Part shown: positions 12,731 through 26,423 of the stretch, one piece after another
Position numbering within the stretch: position 1 is the first letter of the stretch
How the letters are laid out: the number at the start of each line of letters is the position of its first letter
NCBI GenBank assembly: GCA_964016885.1
Contig: OZ024742.1
Coordinates: 16,306,001 to 16,370,000 of the forward strand
Direction: 5' to 3'
Length of the DNA stretch: 64,000 nucleotides
Source: Eledone cirrhosa
Taxonomy: Eukaryota
Notes under the pieces: model-generated
The model's input: the letters and a program-made list of their open reading frames with translations, nothing else
Database searches by the model: none
What the model was told of the DNA's origin: nothing
Translations under genes and position numbers: made by a program

Positions 12731-15691
12731 TGTCACCAATTTAGCGGAGAAGTATTTAGATAGTTGTAATGTTGCCACGAGGAACCACCAGTTTGGTAGA
12801 AAGATATGATAGGAATATCGACAACGACTTTAGCTTGTTTTTACATAATTTATTAACAAACGTTAAGAAGTGAATTAAGTTGGCATGCCAAGAATAATAA
12901 AATAATTCAATTAAGATTACAAGAGAAAATACGGTCGACTGGCTGAGGCGTTTGGCTAGGTCTGTATGTAATGTTTTGTCGTTACATATTGTTTGTGCTT
13001 ACGGGGCAAAAGAACAAGTGGTGTTTACCTTAGCATGGTCAAGCTGCGAGAGTGTGAGTTTCCTCAAATCTTCGCGGGCTATTTCTCCCTCAGAACGCGT
13101 AGGGATACATCCTCTTCTCCTGGCGCTGATTGGCTGAGCTGAGCCAAATCACGCACAGAGAATGTATGTGAGCCCGCGGAATGTAGGTCACTACATCACC
13201 TCCGAGAAGATTTTTAGCCGAAAATCGTTAACGATGAAGCCACGGACCCACAAGGTACAGTTTACACCCCCCTTCTAGACGGAAGTCGATACAGATTATT
13301 GAATCGGCAAGAACAAATGCTGAAAGAGCACATCAGTGAAAAAATAATTGAGCAGAAAGATGCATGCAAGTAAAGAAATGAGGCGCTACGGGCCGTGTTG
13401 AGCCGCTGTCAAATGATTAGCTGTTTTGTAGTTTATACGTGACCACCAAAGGTCTAACAGAAAACAGATAAAGTCTGAAATGGGCGAAGTTGCTGTTCTT
13501 GCATTAAATGTTAATGGTAAGTGTTGTACCAATAGCTGTGGACGAAGCTATTGTGGTAGTTTACCAGTGCTGGCAAGAAGATGATGGGTAGGCGAGAAAC
13601 TGTTGGCCTCCCAGATGTATTGCCGAATGTGCTAGGGAGCAGGAAAAAATGGCTGGCTGCTTTGAAAAGAAAAAAAAGCAAGTTGAATCTGTAGGTGGGT
13701 TGCAGTTCCATAATTCGGGCGAATCCACAGAAGTGGTGGAAAAACTGACAAGTCCAGTTCTATTTGTTGTTTTCCCGGTGAGTTGGGTAAGATAACAAGA
13801 TAGAGGTTGTTATGGACGATGAATGTGCAACGAGATGCGAAACTGGTTGAGTTCAGCTGCAATTAGCATTTTCGTGTTGCGGTGCAGGTGAACTAAGCTG
13901 CAAGTGTTGATAGCATGTTTTGGTACCTCCAGAAGGTGAAAAGGGATCTCGCAGAATATTACGACGCTTGAAGATCACATACCATAGACAACATGTTGGT
14001 GTGTGTATATATGCAGGCATGTAATACAGCAAAGAAAATGTGTGCGTGCGGTCACATATACAATGATAGAGAGAATTGAATTTTCATATAATACAGTTTT
14101 TAAAAAAATAAATGTCCAAAATAAATGCCTGAAAAAAAAAAGGAAGAAAGAAAGAATTGTTTCTTTTCTTTTAACAAAAAGTTCGCTTCTTTTTTCTGTG
14201 GGAACGCTCTTACTAGGGAGCTAGTAGAGTTGTTGTTGTTGTTAAAGCAAAGTCACCATGAATCTTCTGTAGAGTAGAAGTCGAGCGTTGCAGAACGCAG
14301 AGTCACCAATATGGCAGCCACGTCTGACGCCATAATGGTGAGAAAACTAATGTCTTAATTTCTCGAGTCCTTGTGGTAACGAGACAGAAGGTATGGTGGT
14401 TGCGTCGGTAAAGTTACAAGCCGTTCCCTGGTGTTGGTTAATAGTTAGCCATGTGTTGCTGCTGATGGCTGGTACTTGGTGGTAGCCATTTTGAAATATC
14501 CCCGTGGCGAAAACCTTTTGAAATATTGCTAATTTTTTTCTTTAAAAAATATTCCAAAGAAAAGTTGAACAGTAAAAAATATCATTTTCCATGAACATTA
14601 TTTGGTAAGAAAATCCAAGATGGCTGATTAAAAAATGTGCCTGTGATGAAGAAGCCGTCATGTGGCACGATGCAGCCAATCAGATGGCTGGGATTGAAGA
14701 AGACAAGCTGTACGAGGGAAAACAAAATTTTTAAGTCACCATTTGTAATTTTAACAGAAGGTTGAAAGCAAAATTCTATATCCAGAGAAATCCTTTTCTT
14801 TTTAATTTTTTTATTTTTTTGTTTTTAACAAACTATGCTTGCAAGGCAAGTTGTTCTTAGTCGGTGGTCACCGTACTCATTTTATCAACTAATTGAAATA
14901 TACCAAACCACCTCAACCGGATAGAAGACATCGCATAATTTTCAATCCAAAAGAGAAATCTTTTGTTAGTCGTCGAAAAAACTCTTTCTTTTGTGTTGTA
15001 TTTTGGTGTTCGTCTGTATGCGTGAGTTACTAGTGTTACCATGAAAGTTATGACAGAAATATTGTGCAGGCCGCGTGCTTTAAAGAATGGAATATTATGA
15101 ATTTTATGGACTTACGCTAAGTGAGTCTAGCTAACCGATTCGAATATTCCAAATGTTAAGCCACTCCACATAGCCATTAAAACGAATGGCGAATTCAAAT
15201 AGGCTGCGTTTTCATACTTAATCGTCGAGGGTCACCAATTTGGTGGAGAGTTATATTTAGAAGTTGGTAAGGTTGCCACGAGGAACCAGGTTTGGTAGAA
15301 AGATATGATAGGAATATCGACAACGACTTTAGCTTGTTTTTACATAATTTATTAACAAACGTTAAGAAGTGAATTAAGTTGGCATGCCAAGGATAATGAA
15401 ATAATTCAATTAAGATTACAAGAGAAAATACGGTCAACTGGCTGAGGCGTTTGGCCAGGTCCGTATGTAATGTTTTGTCGTTACATATTGTTTGTGCTTA
15501 CGGAGCAAAAGAACAAGTGGTGTTTACCTTAGCATGGTCAAGCTGCGAGAGTGTGAGTTTCCTCAAATCTTCGCGGGCTATTTCTCCCTCAGGACGCGTA
15601 GGGATACATCCTCTTCTCCTGGCGCTGATTGGCTGAGCTGAGCCAAATCACGCACAGAGAATGTATGTGAGCCCGCGGAATGTAGGTCACT

Positions 15692-15694
<3 letters not shown>
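12731..15694 (-). mobile_element. Non-autonomous LTR retroelement (two ~465-bp LTRs, ~2-kb internal region without recognisable gag-pol)
   Basis: Direct repeats 12731-13195 and 15230-15694 with minus-strand TGTAGTG...TGACA ends. Confidence 0.85.
15220..15237 (-). other. Primer-binding site complementary to the tRNA-Trp 3' end
   Basis: Minus strand TGGTGACCCTCGACGATT resembles the complement of ...GTCGGGGTCACCA. Confidence 0.65.
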
Positions 15695-15770
<76 letters not shown>

Positions 15771-15807
15771 TATAAGTATATATATATATATATAAGTATA
15801 TATATAA

Positions 15808-15863
<56 letters not shown>

Positions 15864-15957
15864 GCAAAAGTTCTATTTAAATTGTTGGGATACAACAAGC
15901 AAATATTTTTATAACTGATATGAAGCACTCAAGTATTTGGAGTAAACATACGATATT

Positions 15958-16157
15958 AACAAATGGAAACTATATTTATAAAACCATATTTATTTCAGTA
16001 TATATATTTTAAGGACACCAAGTTAAATTATGGTGTGCTTTCATCAGACAAAATATAATATATTTTGTCTGATGAAAGCACACCATAATTTAACTCTGTG
16101 TCCTTGAAATATATATAATGAAATAAATATGGTTTTATAAATACAGTTTCCATTGTT
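15958..16157. repeat. About 100-bp-arm palindrome carrying family-B-type hammerheads
   Basis: Axis near 16057 (AAATATAATATATTT). Confidence 0.9.
16061..16125 (+). ncRNA. Type I hammerhead ribozyme motif, family B variant
   Basis: TATTTTGT CTGATGA AAGcACAC...GTGTcCTT GAAA TATATA TA ATGAAATA. Confidence 0.8.
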
Positions 16158-16179
16158 ATTTTACTGAGGATCTGGAATC

Positions 16180-16532
<353 letters not shown>

Positions 16533-16554
16533 AGAACCAAAAAATTGCTTATTG

Positions 16555-16664
16555 CGATCCAGTTCTTGGTTAAGAAAGCCAATTTCATATAAGGTTGCAC
16601 TTACCAATGAAACGGTCGTAAATACCTGGATAAAATCCATCTCTTAATGCTTACCTGTGTTTTC

Positions 16665-16670
<6 letters not shown>
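16555..16670 (+). repeat. Dispersed ~115-bp unit (second copy 17458-17572) with GAAACGGTCGTA half-hammerhead
   Basis: Two near-identical copies inside a (TA)n array. Confidence 0.7.
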
Positions 16671-16715
<45 letters not shown>

Positions 16716-16722
16716 TATACTT

Positions 16723-16788
<66 letters not shown>

Positions 16789-16799
16789 TTTTATATGTA

Positions 16800-16830
<31 letters not shown>

Positions 16831-16942
16831 TTATATGTATATATATATATATATATATACTTTTATATATGTATATATATATATATATATATATACATAT
16901 ATATACTTATATATATATATATACTTATATATATATATATCA

Positions 16943-17060
<118 letters not shown>

Positions 17061-17083
17061 CTATATAAGTATATATATATATA

Positions 17084-17137
<54 letters not shown>

Positions 17138-17143
17138 AGTATA

Positions 17144-17225
<82 letters not shown>

Positions 17226-17389
17226 ATACATTAACAGAGAAAGCTTTAAGCAATACTCCGACCGGCTTCCGTCTCACTCAACAAACATTAGGATATACCT
17301 TAGTATAATCCCAATTAAACGTTTGGGGTGCTAACTATAAGTATTTTGCGGATAGCTAGTTGTATTATTTTATATGAGACATAATTAAA

Positions 17390-17435
<46 letters not shown>

Positions 17436-17576
17436 AAGCGAAGTTTTCACATTATTGTGATCCAGTTCTTGGTTAAGAAAGCCAGTTTCATATAAGGTTG
17501 CACTTACCAATGAAACGGTCGTAAATACCTGGATAAAATCCTTCTCTTAATGCTTACCTGTGTTTTCTCTTTTATA

Positions 17577-17607
<31 letters not shown>

Positions 17608-18330
17608 GTTGGTAAACGGAATAGAAAATGCTGACAAATTGTTCACAGTTGAAAAATGGTTTAATTAGGAATAAAAAAGTATTAGTGATTGTATGGGTTA
17701 GTATTCAGTTGTGGTTTTAAGTTTTTAAGTTTTTACCGGTTGCGCATTTCTAAATGCTTTTCAAAAATAATTTTGAGATAGAGTGTCCGTGCTGTTTGCT
17801 CTGATCTGATTAGTTTTGGGAATTCTACCTGTTTTTATGTTAAAAAAGTGGCTCCAATTTGCAAAAATTCTTGTGGTCAAAACAATTTTGATTGGTCGGT
17901 AGAGGTCATGTGAATGTAAAAAATTGATCTACCGACCAATCAAAATTGTTTTGACCACAATAATTTTTGCTGGAGCCACTTTTTTAACATAAAAATAGTT
18001 TTGGCGCAAAATCAATTTTTTATATTCACATGACCTCTACCGACCAATCAAAATTGTTTTCACCACAAGAATTTTTGCAAATTGGAGCCACTTTTTTAAC
18101 ATAAAAACAGGTAGAATTCCCAAAACTAATCAGATCAGAGCAAACAGCACGGACACTCTATCTCAAAATTATTTTTGAAAAGCATTTAGAAATGCGCAAC
18201 CGGTAAAAACGTAAAAACTTAAAACCACAACTGAATACTAACCCATACAATCACTAATACTCTTTTATTCCTAATTAAACCATTTTTCAACTGTGAACAA
18301 TTTGTCAGCATTTTCTATTCCGTTTACCAA
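17608..18330. repeat. About 310-bp-arm inverted repeat with a partial third copy in the spacer
   Basis: 17608-17920 is the reverse complement of about 18015-18330; each arm carries a degenerate HHR (18172-18209: TTT TTGAAAA GCATTT ag AAATGC GCAAC CG GTA AAA). Confidence 0.85.
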
Positions 18331-18398
18331 TATATAATAACTTGTGTGTTACACCTTTATTCTTTTAACTATATATATATGTATACATATATATACTT

Positions 18399-18481
<83 letters not shown>

Positions 18482-18509
18482 TATATAAGTATATATATAT
18501 AAGTATATA

Positions 18510-18553
<44 letters not shown>

Positions 18554-18565
18554 TAAATGTATATA

Positions 18566-18601
<36 letters not shown>

Positions 18602-18602
18602 A

Positions 18603-18639
<37 letters not shown>

Positions 18640-18673
18640 TATATATGTATATATATATATAAGTATATATATG

Positions 18674-18728
<55 letters not shown>

Positions 18729-18802
18729 AGATATATATATATATATATTTATATATATTTAAAACAAAGCGAAGTTTTTACACTCAGGTCTTTCTAGATT
18801 AT

Positions 18803-18895
18803 ACACAGTTACGACTGTTTCACAGATGGGTGGCTCAGGATCTATATAAACACTATAGACCCGACTCCAGCCCCGGATCTGCTCATCAGACTTGT
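18803..18895 (-). ncRNA. Type I hammerhead ribozyme motif with long stem II
   Basis: Minus strand: ACAAGT CTGATGA GCAGAT...ATCTGT GAAAC AGTC GTA ACTgTGT. Confidence 0.68.
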
Positions 18896-18939
18896 TAATC
18901 AGGCCGAAATTTCATCTGATATATCCTGTTCGAAACGAT

Positions 18940-18988
<49 letters not shown>

Positions 18989-19046
18989 CACACACACATA
19001 CACACACACACGTATATATATATATATATATATACATATATACATA

Positions 19047-19282
19047 TAGGAAAAGAGTTAGGATCCCGACGGCTGAGCTCCGGCCGTTTAGACAGCTAGA
19101 TCCGAACTAACGCAGCAGTAATGTGTCTCTAACCAATGCTGCTGGGTTGGTTCGGATCTAGCTGTCGAAACGGCCGGAGCTCAGCCGTCCGACCTTAACT
19201 CTTTTCCTATTCCCCGCTCTACTATCCATAGTATCGAGTACTCTGGTGCGTTATGGTCCACCTGGTTTCTTACCACACTTTA
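19047..19282. mobile_element. Fold-back PLE terminus related to family C (imperfect palindrome 19047-19210 plus tail)
   Basis: Contains GAAACGGCCGGAGCTCAGCCGTC; tail similar to 16328-16395; fragment also at 36555-36601. Confidence 0.75.
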
Positions 19283-19398
19283 TTTGTTATATATATATCC
19301 AAGGCGTGTTACTTGGAGTTTCTGTAGGTTCACTCGGGTGAGCACTCGATGTTTAGGTTCACTTCAGTGTCGAGGTGTAGAGTTCGACAGAGTGTATA

Positions 19399-19588
19399 TA
19401 ATTGTTTCTACTTTTGGCACAAGGCCAGCAATTATCCAGTGCATTACTGATACTTTATTTTATCGACCTCGTAAGGATGAAAAGCAAAGTTAACCTCGGC
19501 GGGATTTGAACTGAGATTGGAAAGGTCCGTAACTCTATGTGTCAAAGTATGGCGTCCGACCCTCTACCGATACTGCCAATCAACCGCC
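19399..19588 (-). mobile_element. tRNA-derived SINE (family A) with CAGAGTGTAT TSD
   Basis: TSD at 19388-19397 and 19589-19598. Confidence 0.9.
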
Positions 19589-19655
19589 CAGAGTGTATTA
19601 TAATGAAATAAAATAACAAGGACGATTGGTTACTCCTTCATTACGTTTATTGGTT

Positions 19656-19740
19656 GGTGACGCGCGTTTCGCCACTGATCAGCTCAAGGTTCGATCTGTA
19701 TTGATCTATCCCGACTCTGTAATCCGCGGCTCGTCAGACC
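19656..19740 (-). ncRNA. Type I hammerhead ribozyme motif, family D
   Basis: Minus strand: GGT CTGACGA GCCG...TGGC GAAAC GCGC GTC ACC, then AATAAA; palindromic mini stem III typical of PLE hammerheads. Confidence 0.8.
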
Positions 19741-20465
19741 CCTTATAATGGTAATGTAAAAAACAAACAAACATACATATCGATCTGTTTGTCTATCTCC
19801 CTCTCTTTATCTATATATCTATCAATCAATATATCTCTCTATCGCTTTCTTTCTCCCTCTCACCCACTTTAGTTGAAATAAGAACTGTGGAAGTCATTCA
19901 AATGTTTGTTGTATCTGGTGCATGTTTTAAACATTTTAAGAAAATATCAAATCTTCACATACGGATAACAGGGTTTAATAGATAAGAGGTAATTAACCTT
20001 TTAAACCAGTTTTTAATGTGGACAAATATAGGGTTATCTTGAAAAGCTTTACCTTCTAAAACGTTTATCTCAAAGGAGGAATAAAAGATACGAGGTTATA
20101 AAACAGCTAAAGATCAATTTTCATTGTTGTTAAGAACAAACTTGAAACTTAATCCATTGTTTGTCTCTTATTCTACGTTGGTGTCTAGCTAACCAACCTA
20201 CTCAATTTTTTTAATGACATAATATACAAAGCAACGAAACTCATCGACGAGTTGAAAGACTAAAAAGAGACTAAAAAGATAAGCTGATTGGAAGTCACTA
20301 CAACGATAAAAAAGAGAGATGTTTATATCAATAGGGGGGGGGGTGATTATATGGTTCAGTAAGCAAATGTTGAAACATAGGTAAGTATGTATTCAGAACA
20401 ATGACACATCAGAGCATTTGAAAATCTTTAATCAGTAATGGAAGAAAATTATTCATTAGTTTATG

Positions 20466-20653
20466 GGCGGTGGATTGGCAGTATCGGCAGAGGGTCGGAT
20501 GCCATGCTTTGCAGCAAAGAGTTACGGCCCTTTATGGTATGAGTTCAAATCCCGCCGAGGTTAACTTTGCTTTCATTCCTTACGGGGTCGATAAAATAAA
20601 GTACCAGTAATACACTGGGATAATTGCTGGCCTTATGCCTAAAGTAGAAACAA
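20466..20653 (+). mobile_element. tRNA-derived SINE (family A) with ~20-bp TSD
   Basis: A-box TGGCAGTATCGG and B-box GAGTTCAAATCC; AATTATTCATTAGTTTATGG on both sides. Confidence 0.9.
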
Positions 20654-20867
20654 TTATTCATTAGTTTATGGTTGGAAGGGTTTATGAACATAACTGTCTG
20701 TCACACTTATTTTCTCTCTATCTCTTCTTATTTCAAACCTCTCTCTCTGGCACATGTTTTCATATGGGAAAACTCTTAGCTTTGAGGAATAGTGCTTAAC
20801 TCACATCCATAAGGTCTTGAGTTCGATTCCCGACAGTGTTTTGTGTTCTTAAGCAAGATATATTTGT

Positions 20868-21012
20868 GAAGTCGCATGGCTTAGTGGTTAGAGCATTGGG
20901 CTTACAATCGAAAGGTCGTGAGTTCAATTCTCGGACCAGGTGATGTGTTGTTTCCTTGAGCAAGAAACTTTATTTCACGTTGCTCCAGTTTACTCAGCTG
21001 TAGAAATGAGAT
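20868..21012 (+). mobile_element. Second tRNA-derived SINE family (CORE-like), nested in an older copy (about 20790-21142)
   Basis: A-box TGGCTTAGTGG, B-box GAGTTCAATTC, then CCTTGAGCAAGAAACTTTATTTCACGTTG. Confidence 0.75.
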
Positions 21013-21375
21013 GATAGGACTGGGGACCCTATCATTAAATTACCGAAGACAACTCCAACGAGATATACCTTGGAGGAGGCCAGCTAAACCTGCATAGGTG
21101 TGAGCTGTCACACACATATTATATTTCACGTTGTTCTAGTCGATTATTTCGATACATGTATCTGTGAAATACTTAATGACTTGTCCATTAATTTCTAATA
21201 CAGACTGTTCCAAACATCAGCCCTTCAAACATCTGAATATTTTGACTGTTTGCAGCCGATGCAGATCACACAATGAACCATATTTTAGAATCACCATTTT
21301 AAATATGTATTTTTTTTATTTTAGAATTTTCAAATAGAATGGCCTTTATTTTATTTTGTTATTTGTTATACAAAG

Positions 21376-21565
21376 GGCGGTGGATTGGCGGTATCGGAAG
21401 AGGGTCAGACGCCATGCTTTGCAGCAAAAGAGTTACGTCCCTTTACGGTCTGAGTTCAAATTCCGCCGAGGTTAACTTTGCATTTCATCCTTACTGGGTC
21501 GATAAAATAAAGTACCAGTAATACACTGGGATAATTGCTGGCCTTGTGTCAAAACTAGAAACAGT
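21376..21565 (+). mobile_element. tRNA-derived SINE (family A) with TTATTTGTTATACA TSD
   Basis: Family match plus flanking duplication. Confidence 0.9.
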
Positions 21566-21865
21566 TATTTGTTATACATAAACATATGTCAACTATGTTT
21601 TACAAACAAAAGTTAAACAATAATGGAAATATTAAAAACAATTTTAATTAGGTTTGTTACGATACTTAATCTGTGGGGATGCAATCCTAGCTGGTTTTTT
21701 AGCTTTGTCATATACATATATTTTGAGGTGATGGAAACGCATGCTGCCAAATCAGAGAAAGTAGGTTTTGTCAACATCAATTTCTAACATCAATTTTTGT
21801 ACATATAAAGATCCTTTTTATGTATATACCAGTGCGCATTTCAAACCCTTTTTTAGCATTTTACG

Positions 21866-21911
<46 letters not shown>

Positions 21912-22988
21912 GGGGGCGGGGGTAGGGGGGGGGGGGGTAGGGGTATGTGTGCATGCGTGTGTAATTTTGCTTCCTGTGTTTTGTTTTGTTTCATTTATTA
22001 ACAATATATATATATATATATACCATTCTGTACTACAGATTATATCTACAGATTTAAGCCAATGTATATATAAACAATACAATAGAATGAAGAATGAAAT
22101 AGCTGTCGGGACATTGCATCCTTCAAAACTTCCATGTCTCACCAACACTACACCTAATATTCTCCTTTATACACATGCACACATGTGCTTGTGTGTGGCT
22201 GTGTGTATATCATGAGTCATGCACTGGTCACTTTCCTGACTTTTGTACATTATTCTTTGTACTATACATACACCTTTGATGAGTTGTTGTTCACCTGAGC
22301 ACTGTACACAATAGTTTTCATTATCATATTATCATAAGAAGTTAAAACATTAATGTGAAATCATTTACTTTTGCAAGCAATCTTCAGCCATAATCAAATT
22401 ACTGCGTTTCACAGTCGTCAATGGTCTTTATAACTGCAAAACATTTAGGGAACTTTACTTGGAATGTAGTACGCCATAACTATATTCGTATGGTTTTCTT
22501 TTTGTTAAATCGTTTAATCTTACGGGCGAGAGTGCATCATATTCAGATCTTGTTTTTGTTATGAACTAAATGTGAATTTATATATTTAGTTATTTAGTTA
22601 TATATAGATTTGATAATTTAATTATCTAGCTGTTTATTGACGGTAAATGTAATAAAGAAAGAACATCAGTTCCGATTCGTAACTTCGGTAAACTATCGTT
22701 TAAATTACGCAATATGAGGTACACACGGGTGCAACTTTCCCCTATATACACATATACTATTGTATATGTTTATGTAAAAAACACACACGTATATGCAAAC
22801 GTTTATGTATGTATATGTATATATGTAGACGTATATATATATATATATGCTAACGTACATGAATATATGTATATATGACTACACATGTATATACATACAT
22901 ACATAATATATATATATATGTATATATATAAGCTCACGTACATGAATATATATATGTATATATGACTACACACTACACACACACCCAA

Positions 22989-23021
<33 letters not shown>

Positions 23022-23733
23022 CACGGACATGCACGCCATGCACACACATATATATATGCATACATATTCATATAACTAATATATATATGTGTGTATTCCG
23101 ATGTGCCTACCTTTTCGTGTTGATTATCAAACATTGGCTCTTAACATGAATTTTAAAGATTTACGGTATTATAAAAAATATAAGGTTCCATTTGATGTCT
23201 GTAGAATTACGACCATTATCTTCAGCATCTCAGACTCTTTCAAGCTTCAGGTAGTTTGTCTAATTTCAGTCAAGTTCATTTGATCTTTTACTTTATTAGT
23301 TTTTACTCTTTGTGCTTTTATCTTAACAAATCTTCCGTGGCAATCTTTCAACGTATATCAATACATAGTCACACTCACATAGATACATACACCTCCTCAA
23401 TACATAGTCACACACACATACATACACGTTCTCATCTACGTATATAGTCACACTCACATACATACACCTCCTCATCTACGTACATAGTCACACATACATA
23501 CACATACATACACCTCCTCATCTACGTACATACACACATTCACGTATATATGAACTATCTATGTATATATGTATGTATGTGTACGTGTGTATGTGTACGT
23601 GTGTGTATATGTATGTATGTGTGTGAGAATGTATATATTCATGTATGTATGTATGTACATATATGTGGGTGCGTGTGTGTGTGGGTGTGTACATGTGTGT
23701 ACGTGTGTGTATATGTATGTGTGTGTGAGAATG

Positions 23734-23770
<37 letters not shown>

Positions 23771-23838
23771 GTATGTCACTCTTTTTCTTTGCTAGATAGA
23801 TTGATCGATAAAGAGAAAGAGAGATACTCTCGAAAACA

Positions 23839-23903
<65 letters not shown>

Positions 23904-24779
23904 ATATATATATATATTATATATATATATATAAATATATATGTATGTATGTGCATATACATTTTAGGACGATATAATGTGCACGCGTTATTCCAATATC
24001 GATTTGTAGGTGTTGAAAAAGTTATTTACTGAAAAATATGTAAATAAGAATCTCATAGAATAAATAATGTAATAATACATACATAAATTAATTTACACGC
24101 ATTCCCTTCTGCTGATTATGTCTTTAACAGCACATTATTCTTTCAACGTTTAAACATATAAGTTCCACATCACTAAAATAGCCAATATTCTGTTTAAATA
24201 CAACTAATTTGCTCTTGAAATAACGCTACATCACTTTCATAAATATTCTAAATAGCAATGAAGGTCATTTTCCCGTCTTATCTAGCAATAGATAGAATTA
24301 TTAGTAAATTCTTATAAAAAGATTCGTAATGATGATTGGGGATAATATGAATATATTTAGTAGCAAGTAACACATTTATCTATCGTAATTATTACGCTTC
24401 GTAACAATTGTCTATCCTCATGATTACAGATATCTCTACAACTCGTGTCCATTTTGTTGTCTACCATCATCGTTTCTTCACTAATGATGTAACTCTGATC
24501 AGGACAATTGTCACCTAAATGACTCAGCCTACTGAGCTCTAAGGGAGTATACCGCGATGATATAAATTCATATATTGGTATGGTATGGTCCCGTAACTCC
24601 TGATAGAGTCATAAGTACGAAGTATCGATATACGGCCTTTCTTGGCCATTTTAAGCCTGGCAGAGCCCATCCCTCTCCAGGCCTGAGTACAGCAGATTTC
24701 TTCCAGAGAAAGATAGAAAGTGAGAGAGAAGAAATGAGAAAGAGATATAGAGGAACAATCGATCCCAATACTAGACTGC

Positions 24780-24915
24780 TACTTTTTTATCGGCCACGAT
24801 AGGATGAAAGGCAAAGTTGACCTCAGCAGGATTTGAACTCAGAGAGTAGAGAGCCGGAACTAATACTATAAAGCGTTCTATCCGACGTTCCAATGACTTT
24901 GCCAATCCACCGCCT
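24780..24915 (-). mobile_element. tRNA-derived SINE, diverged family A subtype
   Basis: AGGATGAAAGGCAAAGTTGACCTC..GGATTTGAACTCAG..GCCAATCCACCGCC. Confidence 0.8.
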
Positions 24916-25773
24916 AAATTCATAAAATATATCCAGGATAAAAACAAAAAAAAAAAACAGTTGAAACAAATCAATTCAAGCAAAATTCCAGAATGAAAGG
25001 TTTCATGGTCACTGTTACATGATCTTTTGTTATGGCAACTGTAATTCATTGAAGAGCGAGAAAATATATAATTTGATTCGTACTGTTTTCTAAAATGTCA
25101 TGCATTAAATGAACGATTTCTTTTAACAGTGAAAAGAACGGGGTCACTCAAAACAACCGCCTTTGTCAGTATTTACGGTGACAATTGAATTAGTTTAGTC
25201 ATACGTTTAGGGTCCTATCTTGCATACTCCACAAACCAATTATTTATAGAATCTACATGAGATAATAAAAAGAAAAGACTGAAACTCTATTGCTAACTGT
25301 CCATTCTGTGGAATGTGTTTAGGATGAGCAATGATTGAAACGTGGCAGGGAACACTGACAGCAAATAAAACTGAGTAACACGCATTAACTGCAAAATAGC
25401 ATCTGATGATGTGGTGGTTATAGAAAGATATAGATCTACATTATAACCAATTGTGGGAGAGTATAATTGAAATCTTTAGTAGGGCACATGAGCACACACT
25501 TTATTCATTTATCTAAAATCTAATTTCCTGAAAAATAGCGTCGTTCACTGCATGTTTCTAACAGAGTAATCACTGCTTCACACCATTTCTGAGATTGTTT
25601 GTGAAACTCTCTCTCTCTCTCTCACACACACACGTGAACACACATTTTTAGAGGAAAGGACCATATCTTCGGTTTTTTCTAGCCGATGAGTATATCGGTT
25701 GTCGATAAAAACCAGGGAAAGCCCCCCTTCACACAAATATATATACACATACATTTGTTATATACATATATTT

Positions 25774-25829
<56 letters not shown>

Positions 25830-25894
25830 AAGGAAAACTTGAACCGTTAAGGTATCTTTTCTTGGTCATGTCAAAATTTATAAAACAAACTTTG

Positions 25895-25955
25895 TATTTT
25901 ATCTAATGAAAGCGTACCAAAGTTTTGGTACCCTTGAAATATATATAATAGAATA
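25895..25955 (+). ncRNA. Type I hammerhead motif, family B variant, with G5A (probably inactive)
   Basis: TATTTTAT CTAATGA AAGcGTACCAAA gt TTTGGTACcCTT GAAA TATATA TA ATAGAATA. Confidence 0.7.
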
Positions 25956-26009
25956 AATATGGTTTTATAAATATACTTTCCATTTATTTAATATCATTGT
26001 ATATATATA

Positions 26010-26410
26010 GTAAAATAAAAAAGGACGAGTGGTTACTCCTTCATTACGTTTATTGGTTGGTGACGCGCGTTTCGCCACTGATCAGCTCAAGGTTCGATCT
26101 GTATCGATCTAGCCCGATTCTGTAATTCACGGCTCGTCAGACCCCTTATAATGGTAATGAAAAAATGATTATACATGGCGTATGAGATTACAGAGTCGGG
26201 CTAGATCGATACAGATCGAACCTTGAGCTGATCAGTGGCGAAATGCGCGTCACCAACCAATAAACGTAATGAAGGAGTAACCACTCGTCCTTGTTATCTT
26301 ATTTCACTATAATACACTGTCTAGCTCTACACCTCGACACTGAAGTGAACCTAAACATCGAGTGCTCACCTCGGTCAACCTACAGTAACTCCAAGTTACA
26401 CTCCCTGGAT
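26010..26410. mobile_element. Family D PLE terminus with inversion; full hammerhead at 26059-26143 on the minus strand
   Basis: Arms about 26010-26127 and 26186-26305 are inverted, plus a 100-bp tail. Confidence 0.8.
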
Positions 26411-26423
26411 ATATATATATATA

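Larger units (their letters stand above)
19297..19760 (-). mobile_element. PLE terminus (family D) interrupted by a SINE
   Basis: Matches 26010-26160 directly and 26186-26410 in reverse complement. Confidence 0.75.

Noticed and set aside
20868-20940. tRNA gene
   Set aside because: The A/B boxes run into SINE body sequence and no complete cloverleaf or acceptor stem is evident.
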